Shown in pieces: positions 29,401 to 39,800 of a stretch of DNA of 64,000 nucleotides. How positions within the stretch are numbered: position 1 is the first letter of the stretch; each line of letters opens with the position of its first letter. The notes under the pieces are model-generated. The model had not been told where the DNA came from. It did not search any database and saw only the letters and a program-made list of their open reading frames with translations. The translations under genes and the position numbers were made by a program. The stretch comes from Candidatus Cloacimonadales bacterium (GTDB taxonomy: Bacteria > Cloacimonadota > Cloacimonadia > Cloacimonadales > JAIOQZ01), in NCBI GenBank assembly GCA_963662655.2, contig CAXXTU010000002.1:3136001-3200000 (forward strand), in the 5' to 3' direction.

Positions 29401-30020
29401 TCAATCCACCGCTTGCCGTTGATTTCGATAATGACGACGAGGTGGAGATCGTTGCGTTTACAAGCTTGAGCAATCTCTATGCCTTCAATCCCGACGGTAC
29501 CTCGGCAGGATTTTCTCCAGTGCCGGTTCAGCTTGGTGGCAACACGCCGGGAACCATCATGGACCTCGATGACGACGGCGACGTCGAATTCATCTGTGGA
29601 AACGCGAGCGGTGTTGTGATCCTTGACTGCAAGATGCAATCGGGAACGAAAATGCCGTGGTACACATACCGTGGAAACCTGCGACGCACTGGCTACTATC
29701 GGGATAGTCCAACCGCTACGGAAGGCGGTTCCGCTCCTGAACTGACGACAGCGCTGATGAACAATTACCCGAATCCGTTCAACCCGACCACGACCATCAA
29801 GTTCAGCCTGGCGAAGAAAGCGCAGGTAAGGCTTGATGTGTACAATATTCGTGGTCAGAAGGTGAAGACACTCGTCAATGACAGTATGGACGCCGGAGCG
29901 CATCAAATCGTGTGGAACGGCGACGACGATGCCGGTAAGACCGCAGCTTCGGGAGTTTATTTCTATCGCTTGAAAACCGGTGGCTACAACAGTGTGCGGA
30001 AAATGCTCCTAATCAAGTAA
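26427..30020 (+). CDS. C25 (gingipain-like) peptidase fused to FG-GAP/VCBS-like repeats and a FlgD-type CTD
   Basis: YVLLGGD, VGRIS, NHMGHS, SQGC, MGDPS; repeated DxNxDG motifs; NYPNPFNPTT...KMLLIK. Confidence 0.9.
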   Translation: MRRFIVLALLLAPILVLANVQLELQFDRPLLRGAHFEDVTARMKEAGSPELPYETVRILLPFGHRVETVDVTFGTENTIDNANIDYAPLQQPTSATNPQYATKNVNVYSADADFPGYTYKNLGVQRMNGHDILLLNIYPYQYNPVRKTLTWFSGADIDVETTEDNTLREEQNRFLVQSNRVEANVSRVVNNPQELNSYTKTHSSRMAGSRDPEGPFTMIIITDSAREPFWGDFMAWKTGHGISNGLFLVEDIYAEYDGVDNAEKVRNFIIDAYTTYAETDTPLEYVLLGGDDEICPERGCYGQVGGTIDLRIPTDMYFGSLDGGWNDNGNSVWGELADNPDLLPDVAVGRISAESETEFNNVFNKTYYYTDQSTYSNDKALMLGENLNTNPMTWGGDYKDEVSPILPDAFYIETRYERDGTFSTQSVIQAINEGVGIINHMGHSNESYNMGLSNSNVPSLVNTEYGFAYSQGCYPAAFDQRTSQDGECIAENLTNSAHGLFAYVGNTRYGWYAPGSVWGASEFFDISFFEGLFEQNIRSLGQALDYSKIELVNEAAQGGVMLWIYYEMIVMGDPSVQVKDATGLFPYVTVGEVSVEEIEGDGDGFINPGETVYIYVELTNNVGWADASQVNATISFEDETIIIDHGTSDYGAIASGVSVTNLIDPFQISVPAENGFADINYTVEVTASSGSQTYVNSFDRSFSVSMFQSNWPWAGGFDFKSAPIPYDLNDDGVKEIIALSDEAEIIALGIDASMVDGYPVINNERIWRSAAFEDMNDDGVPDIVYVSRLGKIGAYNLDGSTIFSIDNVAEQLQTPVVADIDGDDRWEVVSLGIDGYLHAIDTTGEEKTGFPIELEPTLAEIAAADMDGDGLDEVIVGTTYGNLFVLRSDGSNFSSYPISLGAAIVGAPIVLPDMSIIVGTQDNKLFRLSPSGTTILEMELNGRVANSAIVADFDNDLVLELAFTTHNGYIYIIEMDGTILDGFPIDTGSTFLNPPLAVDFDNDDEVEIVAFTSLSNLYAFNPDGTSAGFSPVPVQLGGNTPGTIMDLDDDGDVEFICGNASGVVILDCKMQSGTKMPWYTYRGNLRRTGYYRDSPTATEGGSAPELTTALMNNYPNPFNPTTTIKFSLAKKAQVRLDVYNIRGQKVKTLVNDSMDAGAHQIVWNGDDDAGKTAASGVYFYRLKTGGYNSVRKMLLIK

Positions 30021-30044
30021 TCAATCGACAATTGAAATCATTTT

Positions 30045-30081
30045 GCCGTCCGTATGATTTTCATGCGGACGGCTTTCTTTT
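30045..30081 (+). terminator. Rho-independent terminator
   Basis: GCCGTCCGTATGA-ttt-TCATGCGGACGGC followed by TTTCTTTT. Confidence 0.85.
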
Positions 30082-30341
30082 AGGCTTTTTTGCTTATCGA
30101 GTGGGAAAATATCCTCCGCATGCTTGTGTGGTCAACGGATGAACTGGTCGTGCAGCTCGGGAGAGGAAACAGTCGTGCTGTTCAAGATCGTAAGTAGTAC
30201 ATCATTGGAATAGGGCTTATGCGCATTTCTTGCTACCTGGTATATGGATTGGTAATGAATCTTCTTGACAGAATTACGATTTGTATGTGATTAAATGGAA
30301 TGAAAATTGTATGAAATCACAGAAAAAATACGGAGAAAGAG

Positions 30342-30755
30342 ATGGATAGAGTTCCAATTTTCTATTTAAGTCATGGAATCGCAGTGATTGCATCTGTGTT
30401 AATCGTTCCCTGGGTGGCGTATGGTTTGGCGATCGTATTCGGTTTTCCGGTAACGGGAATGATGCGTAAAGTGACGGCGTCCGAGGACAGCCGAACGCTC
30501 GACGTGAATTTCATCATGCTGGGCGGTTGCTTGCTGGACGGCTTTGTGAGTGTGCTACTGACGATCGGTATTTTCATGGTTTTCCGATTCTACACACCGA
30601 TGCACATGATGTTCATCCTTGCGGCGGCAAAGACCATCTACACGGTTTGGCGTCATGATATTCTCGGTATGAAGTCGGATGAAATGTTCCAGGAGATCGC
30701 GCACCTGATGCTTTATTTTGGCGGGTTGTTCCTTGGCGCGCAGTTGTTGCTGTAA
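30342..30755 (+). CDS. Hypothetical membrane protein (about 4 TM segments)
   Basis: GGAG RBS; hydrophobic ORF; TTGACA upstream. Confidence 0.7.
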   Translation: MDRVPIFYLSHGIAVIASVLIVPWVAYGLAIVFGFPVTGMMRKVTASEDSRTLDVNFIMLGGCLLDGFVSVLLTIGIFMVFRFYTPMHMMFILAAAKTIYTVWRHDILGMKSDEMFQEIAHLMLYFGGLFLGAQLLL

Positions 30756-30766
30756 AGAACGGTTGA

Positions 30767-31207
30767 TTATTCGGTGTTGTTGAGAATCAGGTGGTGAATC
30801 CCCTTCTCGTTCAGGATTTTCATCGCTTCCTTGCTACCAAATAACGCTGACTTTTTCAGGCACTCGATTTCTTCGGGATTCCTGACACGCTGGTAGCACT
30901 TGGCAAGATTGATATATAGCTTAGCGATTGTACTCTTTGGGTATTGTTTATCGAGCCCGAGGTCAATCGCTTTTTTTATTGCCGCGATGGCGTGCTTGAA
31001 GTCCCGCAGCATCCAGTAGGCGGTTCCCAAGTTTCCCCATACGGTAACTTTTTCATACTCCATGGAAGGGAGTATATCGGTAGCGTTCTGAAGGCCCGCC
31101 AGTATTTTACGGTATTGCAGAACCGCATTTCTGAAATCCCCGTTTTTCAAGAATGCATTGGCGGATTTGTTGAGTGCGCTGTATTGGTCCGGATCGAAAG
31201 CAGCCAT
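30767..31207 (-). CDS. Tetratricopeptide-repeat protein
   Basis: NLGTAYWMLRDFKHAIAAIKKA and LYINLAKCYQ TPR patterns. Start at 31207 is inferred; the track gives 31303. Confidence 0.75.
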   Translation of the reverse strand: MAAFDPDQYSALNKSANAFLKNGDFRNAVLQYRKILAGLQNATDILPSMEYEKVTVWGNLGTAYWMLRDFKHAIAAIKKAIDLGLDKQYPKSTIAKLYINLAKCYQRVRNPEEIECLKKSALFGSKEAMKILNEKGIHHLILNNTE

Positions 31208-31589
31208 GTAATCCCCATTCCGTCGTAATACGATTTCCCGATCGAAGAATCCAAATGAAAATCGGTTATACGGGAAATCGGTTCCAGATAACCATTTCCG
31301 CATTCCCTATCACTCTGATATATGAATCATCAAAGCGGAAATGGCATTTATGATCATGCTAACCTGATTTTGACGTTGTCATAACAAGATAATTTATATT
31401 TGCATGGTGTGCAAACAATTAAACAATTTCCACTTCGAAATTTTACAGATTCATATTCCAGGGATTGTGGAAATCGCTCTCCTAGACGATATTCCGATGG
31501 ATCATTTTACAGACTACGGCCATTCATCCGGAAGATCGTAAAAAATCTTCGCCAGGTTCGTAACGCTGCCGACTTGCGAACAGTGTTGC

Positions 31590-32033
31590 CTACTCCTCGG
31601 TATCCTCCTGAGCAGCCTTGATGTGGATCGTCATCTTTTCCTTATCAAGAACGAAGCTGGCGGCATCGTACTTCGGCGGGCCGAACCCGGGCCGAGCGTT
31701 GTTGGAGAAGTAAACGGGTTCCTGGGGAACCCCCATGAAGTTGGCGTCCAGTTCACCGTTTCCGTTCACATCGTGAATGATTGCCACCGCGTAAGTGCCG
31801 AAGGGTATCTCGCCGAAGCAGACCATCATGGAATCCTGCGTCACAGGCTTGATGATCCCGCTGTAACGCGTTTCATCGTTTCCAGGGAAGCCTTCCGGGC
31901 CGTTGTGCAGCGACAGCATGAGTTTACCTTCTACGGGGTAGAGCCCCGTAATTTCGACGCTCAGAGCGCCCATTTGTGCGTTCATACATGATATGCACAA
32001 GAGAACGAATCCAAAGAGTATCACTTTTATCAT
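31590..32033 (-). CDS. DUF2141 domain protein
   Basis: YAVAIIHDVNGNGELDANFMGVPQEPVYFSNNARPGFGPPKY signature. Confidence 0.88.
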   Translation of the reverse strand: MIKVILFGFVLLCISCMNAQMGALSVEITGLYPVEGKLMLSLHNGPEGFPGNDETRYSGIIKPVTQDSMMVCFGEIPFGTYAVAIIHDVNGNGELDANFMGVPQEPVYFSNNARPGFGPPKYDAASFVLDKEKMTIHIKAAQEDTEE

Positions 32034-32046
32034 TGATTACCTCATT

Positions 32047-32074
32047 AAAACAGAAGCCCCATTGCTGGGGCTTC
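32047..32074 (-). terminator. Probable terminator after the PorP-like gene
   Basis: Minus strand GAAGCCCCA-gcaa-TGGGGCTTC followed by TGTTTT. Confidence 0.65.
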
Positions 32075-32111
32075 CGCATATTATTCTTCTATTCCCATGT
32101 TACCGGGATGA

Positions 32112-33803
32112 TTATTCGTTATCCTTTTTCTGACGCTTCGCTGCGATGATGAACATGATGATCACGCCAACAATCGCCAGCGCGATGAGCAGATACCACC
32201 ACCACGCCATGCCCGGTTCTTCTTCTACCTGTACCGGCTCAACGATTTCCACGATCTCTTCAGGTTCTTCGACGACCGGTTCTTCGACCACCACGGGTTC
32301 CTCGACCACCTTCTTCACAACAGGTCTTGGCCTTGGTTTCGGCTTGACGGGCTCAGGTTCGGGTTCAGGTTCCACAACCACTTCCGGTTCGTAAACCGCG
32401 CCCTTGAAGAGCGAGCTCGTTCCCTCGATGTTCCTTCCGGCGTCTACGATGCGAAGCTGATATTCATACTGGTTCTCTTCGTCGTCCGGCATCAGCTCCA
32501 TGACGTCCCACGTGTATTCGTAGGATTTATCCAGGCCTTCCTGCGCAATCGCGCCCGTGATCGGCTGGGTGTTCAGGCTGGCCTTTTCGATGCCGTTTTC
32601 GTAGAGATAGATGCTGAATTCAGGTTCTTCGATCGTGGATGTCCATGCGAGCGTCACCTTGTCCTCGTTCCATACCGTGTCCGGTAGAGCCGCGATCCGG
32701 ATTTCACGGAGGCGTCTGAGGATGTTGACCTGATCTTTCACCGGTTCACCCATCGCGCCGGCAACTTCCAGCGTTACCAGGTTGTCGCCAGGATTAAGAT
32801 CGAAGTTCTCCACGAAATGCTTGCCGTCGTACTCGCGAACGTTGTTGCGAATCAGGATTGGGCTTCCGTTCACGAACACGCGCACGTAGTCGTAACGCTT
32901 CTGGCCTTCCACGTGGAAATCGACCCGTTCCTTCTCCGCGAGCGTCTCGAAGTGACCTTCCTCCCAGCGGTTATCCGTGAAGATGATGCTGGGGGTCTCG
33001 GACGACTGCGGAGCGTAAGTCACGAACACACCGTAGTTGGTGCTGTTGATCTCGTCCTCGTAGTAGTAGTCGTAGTTGAACATTACATCCCAGTAGTTCA
33101 GCGTGTTGATCTCCGGAGCGATGGACACCTTTTCCGCCGTGCTGGTGATGTTGGTGGTGAAGAACGGAGTCGGGAGGCTCACGCCAACCGAGATACCGTA
33201 GTAGTCTTCGTCATCCTCACGCATGTAGAACGCGCCAAGGTTGATATACTTCTTCACCTGCCAATCGACCTTCGCAAGCACCTTCATCGGGAGCTTCTCT
33301 TCGTAATCGGTGTTCGCCATGGATACGTCGGGGCGGTTCAGGTGGAACAGGCCCACGCCCACGTTGAGGCGATCGTCGAAGAAGTTGCCGTGCAGCGAGG
33401 CTCCGAATGTCGGAACCGTGATGCTGTAGTCTTCCAGGGTTTCCGCCTGACCGAAATCCAGTCCGCTCTGGCTGATATCGCGGTAGATGATACCTGCTGA
33501 GACAGCCGCGGTGAGGAAAGAGGTTACGCGGTACCCAGGACTGATGCTGAATACGTAGTTCTTGTATACGTCATCCTGAAGTCCCATCACGTCCGCTTCG
33601 ATAGTGAAGCGCTGATAGACGGGGACGTTGATCATCATACCCATCTCATCGAATCCGTCTTCGAAGTTCGAGAACGTCTTCTGATAATATGAGCTTAGCT
33701 TGAAATAATTTCCACTCATTTCAGAGGCTGGGATGAAACCGTCAAATGCAAGCAATGCTGCCAGGATCGCGACGAATGTAAGGGCTATAATCGTTCGTTT
33801 CAT
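32112..33803 (-). CDS. PorP/SprF-like beta-barrel protein extended by Ig-like domains, a Pro/Glu spacer and a C-terminal TM helix
   Basis: Signal peptide; amphipathic strands with GVGLFHLNRPDVS (PorP/SprF-like motif); EPEPEPEPVKPKPRP spacer; WWWYLLIALAIVGVIIMFIIAA followed by KRQKK. Lies directly downstream of a type-B CTD gene. Confidence 0.7.
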   Translation of the reverse strand: MKRTIIALTFVAILAALLAFDGFIPASEMSGNYFKLSSYYQKTFSNFEDGFDEMGMMINVPVYQRFTIEADVMGLQDDVYKNYVFSISPGYRVTSFLTAAVSAGIIYRDISQSGLDFGQAETLEDYSITVPTFGASLHGNFFDDRLNVGVGLFHLNRPDVSMANTDYEEKLPMKVLAKVDWQVKKYINLGAFYMREDDEDYYGISVGVSLPTPFFTTNITSTAEKVSIAPEINTLNYWDVMFNYDYYYEDEINSTNYGVFVTYAPQSSETPSIIFTDNRWEEGHFETLAEKERVDFHVEGQKRYDYVRVFVNGSPILIRNNVREYDGKHFVENFDLNPGDNLVTLEVAGAMGEPVKDQVNILRRLREIRIAALPDTVWNEDKVTLAWTSTIEEPEFSIYLYENGIEKASLNTQPITGAIAQEGLDKSYEYTWDVMELMPDDEENQYEYQLRIVDAGRNIEGTSSLFKGAVYEPEVVVEPEPEPEPVKPKPRPRPVVKKVVEEPVVVEEPVVEEPEEIVEIVEPVQVEEEPGMAWWWYLLIALAIVGVIIMFIIAAKRQKKDNE

Positions 33804-33814
33804 CTTGCACCTCC

Positions 33815-36800
33815 TTACCGTACTAAGTAAATTTTGCCACGTTTATCGATACTGCCATTCTTACGTAGTACGTAGATGTACGGGCCACTGCCGCACTTAC
33901 GTCCTCCGTCATCCTTACCGTCCCAGCTGAGGGTCATTCCGGTACCATCGTAGGTTCCGTTCACCTCGCGAACGCGTTTTCCGTGCAGATCGTAAATATT
34001 CATCTTCGCTTCGACATTACCGCTGTTCACCAGCCTTACCGTGTAGATATCGTTCAGACCGTCGCCGTTCGGTGTGAAGGCGTTGGGCTGCGGCTCGATG
34101 GAGTTACCGCGAACCGATATATTCACGTCGGTCTCATCCACGCCGTTGTGGACAATCTCGATCTCTCCAGTGTATACCTTGCGGGTACTCGGCGAGAACC
34201 TGGCATAGATGTCCTCGCTGCCCTGGTATGGGATGGTCATGCTCAGGGTCTCGACCCAGCCTCCATCCGTTCCGTGTCTTATCTGGAACCCGGGCGGGGC
34301 TCCAATCTCGGTCACCTCGAGCTCGTAGTTTCCAGTGTTTGTTATGGTGAACATCTGCGGTGCGGAATCCTCTCCTGCATATACGTCGCCGAAGTTCATC
34401 GAGGTCATATCCACCGCGATGTTCGGCAGCGGCGTCGCCACGATGGCGCGGATCAGAAGATCGCCATTCGGAATGACGCCCCAGCCGGATCCGGCTTCCA
34501 CGTAGCTGTGTCCGCTAACGGGATCGCTTGTATCGAAACCGACCTGATACGGATGCGAGGCATCCACCACAATGTGGAATCTCTCGCCGACGAATTCCAG
34601 GTCAGCGCCGGACGGAATATCCAGAATGTTCCAACCCAGATGTAAGTCGTTCACATCGTAGTTGAAGGTCTGGATGAAGTTGTCCGCGCTAGGTGTGTCG
34701 CCGTTACCGTAGATGTTGATCAACAGATCCTGCACATCGAGCGTATACAGATAGATCGCGAAACGAATCAGCGTGCTGGTCGGCGTGTAACGCTGGATCG
34801 GAGACAGATCGAACTGAACGCCGAACTCGTTGCCGAAGAGGTAGCCTTGTTCAGGAATACCATCGTCGTAGTACAGCGCGAATTCGGTCGGAGGCAGCGG
34901 ATAGACCGTTGCGACTTCCGAGGCGTACGATTCGCCCTGCCAGTCGATATGATCCGCTTCCAGAACTGCGGTTACCCGGTAGCAGTTCTGTACGCCGACA
35001 TTCGGTTCATCGTCGGTGAAATGGGTGACGTTTCCATCAACCTCGCCGATGAGCTCGTAATTGTCATCGTAATCGCCGGAGCGATACACGTTGTAACCCG
35101 TGAGCCACTTGGCGCTGACCGGAGCGCTCCAGGTCAGTTCCGAGGTTCCGTCGTTGAAAAGCGTCGGTATCAGGTTCTGCGGCGCGTCGTTCCGGTTGAT
35201 CACGGTAAAGGTGAATTCTTCATCGTCCATACCGGTATTGTTCTCCAGGTGCACCGTGATGTTATATACGTCTGTTTGTGTCGCGGAAGGCGTCCAGCTC
35301 ATCAGTCCGGTTGCCGGATCGATGGTCATGCCTTCCGGGGCATTCATCAGCGAGAAGGTTGCCGTCGGATAGATATACGCCGTCACCTGATATTCCCATG
35401 CGGTATCGATCAGGTAGACGACCTGGTCGTCGATCGGATCGATAACCGGCACATCGATGATATTTTCAACGGTAATCACTACAGATTGCTGTGCGACCTC
35501 GCCGTCGTTGTCTTCCGCGTAGAAGGTGATGGTCTCGACGCCGTACCAGTCGGTTTCAGGATCCAGCGAAACAACGCCGTCCTGGATTCCGACCATGATG
35601 TGCGAGTTACCGCTGTAGCTGAAGGTCAGTGCGTCGCCGTGGATCAGATCGTCGTCACCGAACATCGCGTTCATGTCGAGCGAAGTATCGATAGCATTCT
35701 CCGGAATCGTGAGGCTATCGACAACCACCGCCACGTATGGTGCGTCGTTGACATTGGCAACTACGATGGTGAACGGCTGCTGCGCCGTATCGCGCAGGTT
35801 CATCGTTTTCTTGATAGTCTTGCGGTCGATTCCGTCGTCCACAACCAGCACGACTTCGTTGTCTCCTACGTTATCGTTGGTCGGCGTACCTTCCAGCGTT
35901 GCGTTGAAGTTGTCGGTTTGGGTCAGCGTCAGCCATTCCGGGCCGCTCTGCATCGTGATGGTCAGAACAGGATTCGGATCGTCGTCATTGCAGATGACGC
36001 TGTAGCTATACTGCTCGTCTTCGTTCACCGCGAGAATCGGATCCGAGGTGAAGTACGGAGCGTCGTTGGTGTTGAGCACTTCGATTTCGAAGATATCGTT
36101 CACGCTGGCCCCGTCCTCGTCTGTTGCCGTCACCATGATCATGTAGGTGCCGATATCGTCGTTCGTCGGCGTACCCGAGAATGTACGGGTCGCGCCATCG
36201 AAGCTCAACCACGCTGGAAGACCATCCTCGTCTACCTCGCCGGCAGTATAGGTCAGTACATCACCGTGGATGAGATCGTCGTCGTCGAACGTGTTTTCCG
36301 GGAAGGCATAGCTGTAAGCCTCATCTTCGTCGGTCGTCTGATCAGGGATCGGATTCAGGACAACCGGTGCGTCGTTGACGTTCGCAACGACAATGGTGAA
36401 CGACTGGATATCGAGCGTCGTCCCATCGTGCACTTCCAGCACGACCGCGTTGTCACCGACGTTCTCGTTGAGCGGTGTTCCGGTGATGTTGCCGGTACCG
36501 TCTCCGTTGTCGGTGAGCGTCAGCCAGAGCGGAAGTGTTGTGGCGATGATACTCAGGTCGTCGTTCGGATCGTCGTCCGTCGCCGTGATGTCATAGGTGT
36601 ATTCCACATCTTCTGTCGCGGTTGTGACCGGCGTGGATGTGAATTCCGGTGCGTCGTTGGTGTTGTCCACCGTCAGGACGAAGATATCCGATACGGACTC
36701 GCTCAGGTTATCGGTTGCGGTAACCTCGATGCTGTACTGTCCCAGATCGTCGTTCGTCGGTGTTCCACTGAACGTTCTCGAGACGTCGTTGAAGGTCAGC

Positions 36801-39800
36801 CATGCGGGAAGTGGATTGCCACCTTCGAGCAACGCGCTGTAGGTGAGTTCGTCACCGTGGATCAGATCGTCGTCGTCGAACGTGTTTTCCGGGAACGTAT
36901 AGCTGTAAGCCTCATCTTCGTCGGTCGTCTGATCCGCGATGGGGTTCATCACGTACGGAGCGTCGTTGGTGTTGGTCACCTCGATGTCGAACGTCTGGTA
37001 AGCCACCACTCGTACGCCGTCGCTTACGGTCAGGGTGACCGCGTTGGTTCCGACGTGCTCGTTGAGCGGGGTACCGGCGATGTTGCCGGTGCCGTCGCCG
37101 TTATCGGTGAGCGTCAGCCATGCGGGAAGCACGTCCGCGCCGAGAACCAGCGTTGCGCCCGGATCGTCGTCCGTCGCCGTGATGTTATAGGTGTATTCCA
37201 CATCCTCCGTCGCGGTCGTAACCGGCGTGGATGTGAAGTATGGGTCGTCCTGAGTATTGCTTACGACAATCTCGAAGTCGTCGAAGGCTGTCAGGTCGCC
37301 ATTGTCGGTTGCTGTCAGGCGGATGAACCAGGTTCCGTTGTCCTCGTTGGCAGGCGTTCCGCTGTAGGTGCGGGTCGCGCTATCGAAGGTCAACCACGCG
37401 GGAAGCGGCGAACCGTCTTGCAGTGCGGAGGTGTAGCTCAGCATGTCGCCGTAGACGATGTCGTCGTCACCGAAGGTATCGTCGGCAAACGTGAAGCTGA
37501 ACGGGGTATCCTCTGTCGCAGCCTGATCCGCGATGGGGTTCATCACGTACGGAGCGTCGTTGGTGTTGGTCACCTCGATGTCGAACGTCTGGTAAGCCAC
37601 CACTCGTACGCCGTCGCTTACGGTCAGGGTGACCGCGTTGGTTCCGACGTGCTCGTTGAGCGGGGTACCGGCGATGTTGCCGGTGCCGTCGCCGTTATCG
37701 GTGAGCGTCAGCCATGCGGGAAGTACATCCGCGCCGAGAACCAGCGTTGCGCCCGGATCGTTGTCCGTCGCCGTGATGTTATAGGTGTATTCCACATCCT
37801 CTGTGGCGGTCGTAACCGGCGTGGAAGTGAAGTATGGATCGTCCTGAGTATTGCTTACGACAATCTCGAAGTCGTCGAAGGCTGTCAGGTCGCCATTGTC
37901 GGTTGCTGTCAGGCGGATGAACCAGGTTCCGTTGTCCTCGTTGGCAGGCGTACCGCTGTAGGTGCGGGTCGCGCTATCGAAGGCAAGCCATGCGGGAAGC
38001 GGCGAACCGTCTTGCAGTGCGGAGGTGTAGCTCAGCATGTCGCCGTAGACGATGTCGTCGTCACCGAAGGTATCGTTGGCAAACGTGAAGCTGAACGGGG
38101 TATCCTCGGTCGCAGCCTGATCTGGGATGGGGTTCATCACGTACGGAGCGTCGTTGGTGTTCGCTACTTCAATATCGAACGTCTGGTAAGCCACCACTCG
38201 TACGCCGTCGCTTACGGTCAGGGTGACCGCGTTGGTTCCGACGTGCTCGTTGAGCGGGGTACCGGCGATGTTGCCGGTGCCGTCGCCGTTATCGGTGAGC
38301 GTCAGCCATGCAGGAAGCACGTCCGCGCCGAGAACCAGCGTTGCGCCCGGATCGTCGTCCGTCGCCGTGATGTTATAGGTGTATTCCACATCCTCTGTGG
38401 CGGTCGTAACCGGCGTGGATGTGAAGTATGGATCGTCCTGAGCGTTGCTTACGACAATCTCGAAGTCGTCGAAGGCTGTCAGGTCGCCATTGTCGGTTGC
38501 TGTCAGGCGGATGAACCAGGTTCCGTTGTCCTCGTTGGCAGGCGTTCCGCTGTAGGTGCGGGTCGCGCTATCGAAGGTCAACCACGCGGGAAGCGGCGAA
38601 CCATCTTGCAGTGCGGAGGTGTAGCTCAGCATGTCGCCGTAGACGATGTCGTCGTCACCGAAGGTATCGTCGGCAAACGTGAAGCTGAACGGGGTATCCT
38701 CTGTCGCAGCCTGATCTGGGATGGGGTTTATCACGTACGGAGCGTCGTTGGTGTTCGCTACTTCAATATCGAACGTCTGGTAAGCCACCACTCGTACGCC
38801 GTCGCTTACGGTCAGGGTGACCGCGTTGGTTCCGACGTGCTCGTTGAGCGGGGTACCGGCGATGTTGCCGGTGCCGTCGCCGTTATCGGTGAGCGTCAGC
38901 CATGCAGGAAGCACGTCCGCGCCGAGAACCAGCGTTGCGCCCGGATCGTCGTCCGTCGCCGTGATGTTATAGGTGTATTCCACATCCTCTGTGGCGGTCG
39001 TAACCGGCGTGGATGTGAAGTATGGATCGTCCTGAGCGTTGCTTACGACAATCTCGAAGTCGTCGAAGGCTGTCAGGTCGCCATTGTCGGTTGCTGTCAG
39101 GCGGATGAACCAGGTTCCGTTGTCCTCGTTGGCAGGCGTTCCGCTGTAGGTGCGGGTCGCGCTATCGAAGGTCAACCACGCGGGAAGCGGCGAACCATCT
39201 TGCAGTGCGGAGGTGTAGCTCAGCATGTCGCCGTAGACGATGTCGTCGTCACCGAAGGTATCGTCGGCAAACGTGAAGCTGAACGGGGTATCCTCTGTCG
39301 CAGCCTGATCCGCGATGGGGTTCATCACGTACGGAGCGTCGTTGGTGTTCGTGATCTCGATCTGGAAGACTCCTTCCGCAGTCTCCATTGCGATGTCTGT
39401 CGCCACGATCTTCACGTTGATAATGCCGATATCTTCGCTGAGCGGTGTCCCACTGTAGGTCCGAGTGACCGGATCGAACGCCAGCCACGCAGGAAGCGGT
39501 GTTCCGTCTTCAAGTGTCGATGAATAGGTCAGCACGTCGCCGTAGATCAGGTCATCGTCCTCGAAGGTGTTCTCCGGTACGATGTACTCGAAGAGGGCGT
39601 CTTCCGGCGCGATTTGATTCGGAACAGCGTTGGTGTAAACCGGCGCGTCGTTGGTGTTGGCCACCGTGATGGTGAAGCTCTGGATAACCGGATCGTTGTT
39701 GTTGTCCGTAACCGAGATTTCCACCGGGTTTTCGCCGACATTCGCGTTGAGAGGCGTTCCGCTAAGAGTGGCCGTACTATCGCCGTTATCGGTGAGGGCC

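Noticed and set aside
34847..39523. 1558-aa plus-strand ORF and many other ORFs opposite the adhesin
   Set aside because: Antisense shadows caused by the codon bias and repeats of the real minus-strand gene; the V/R/G-rich translation has no domain motifs.
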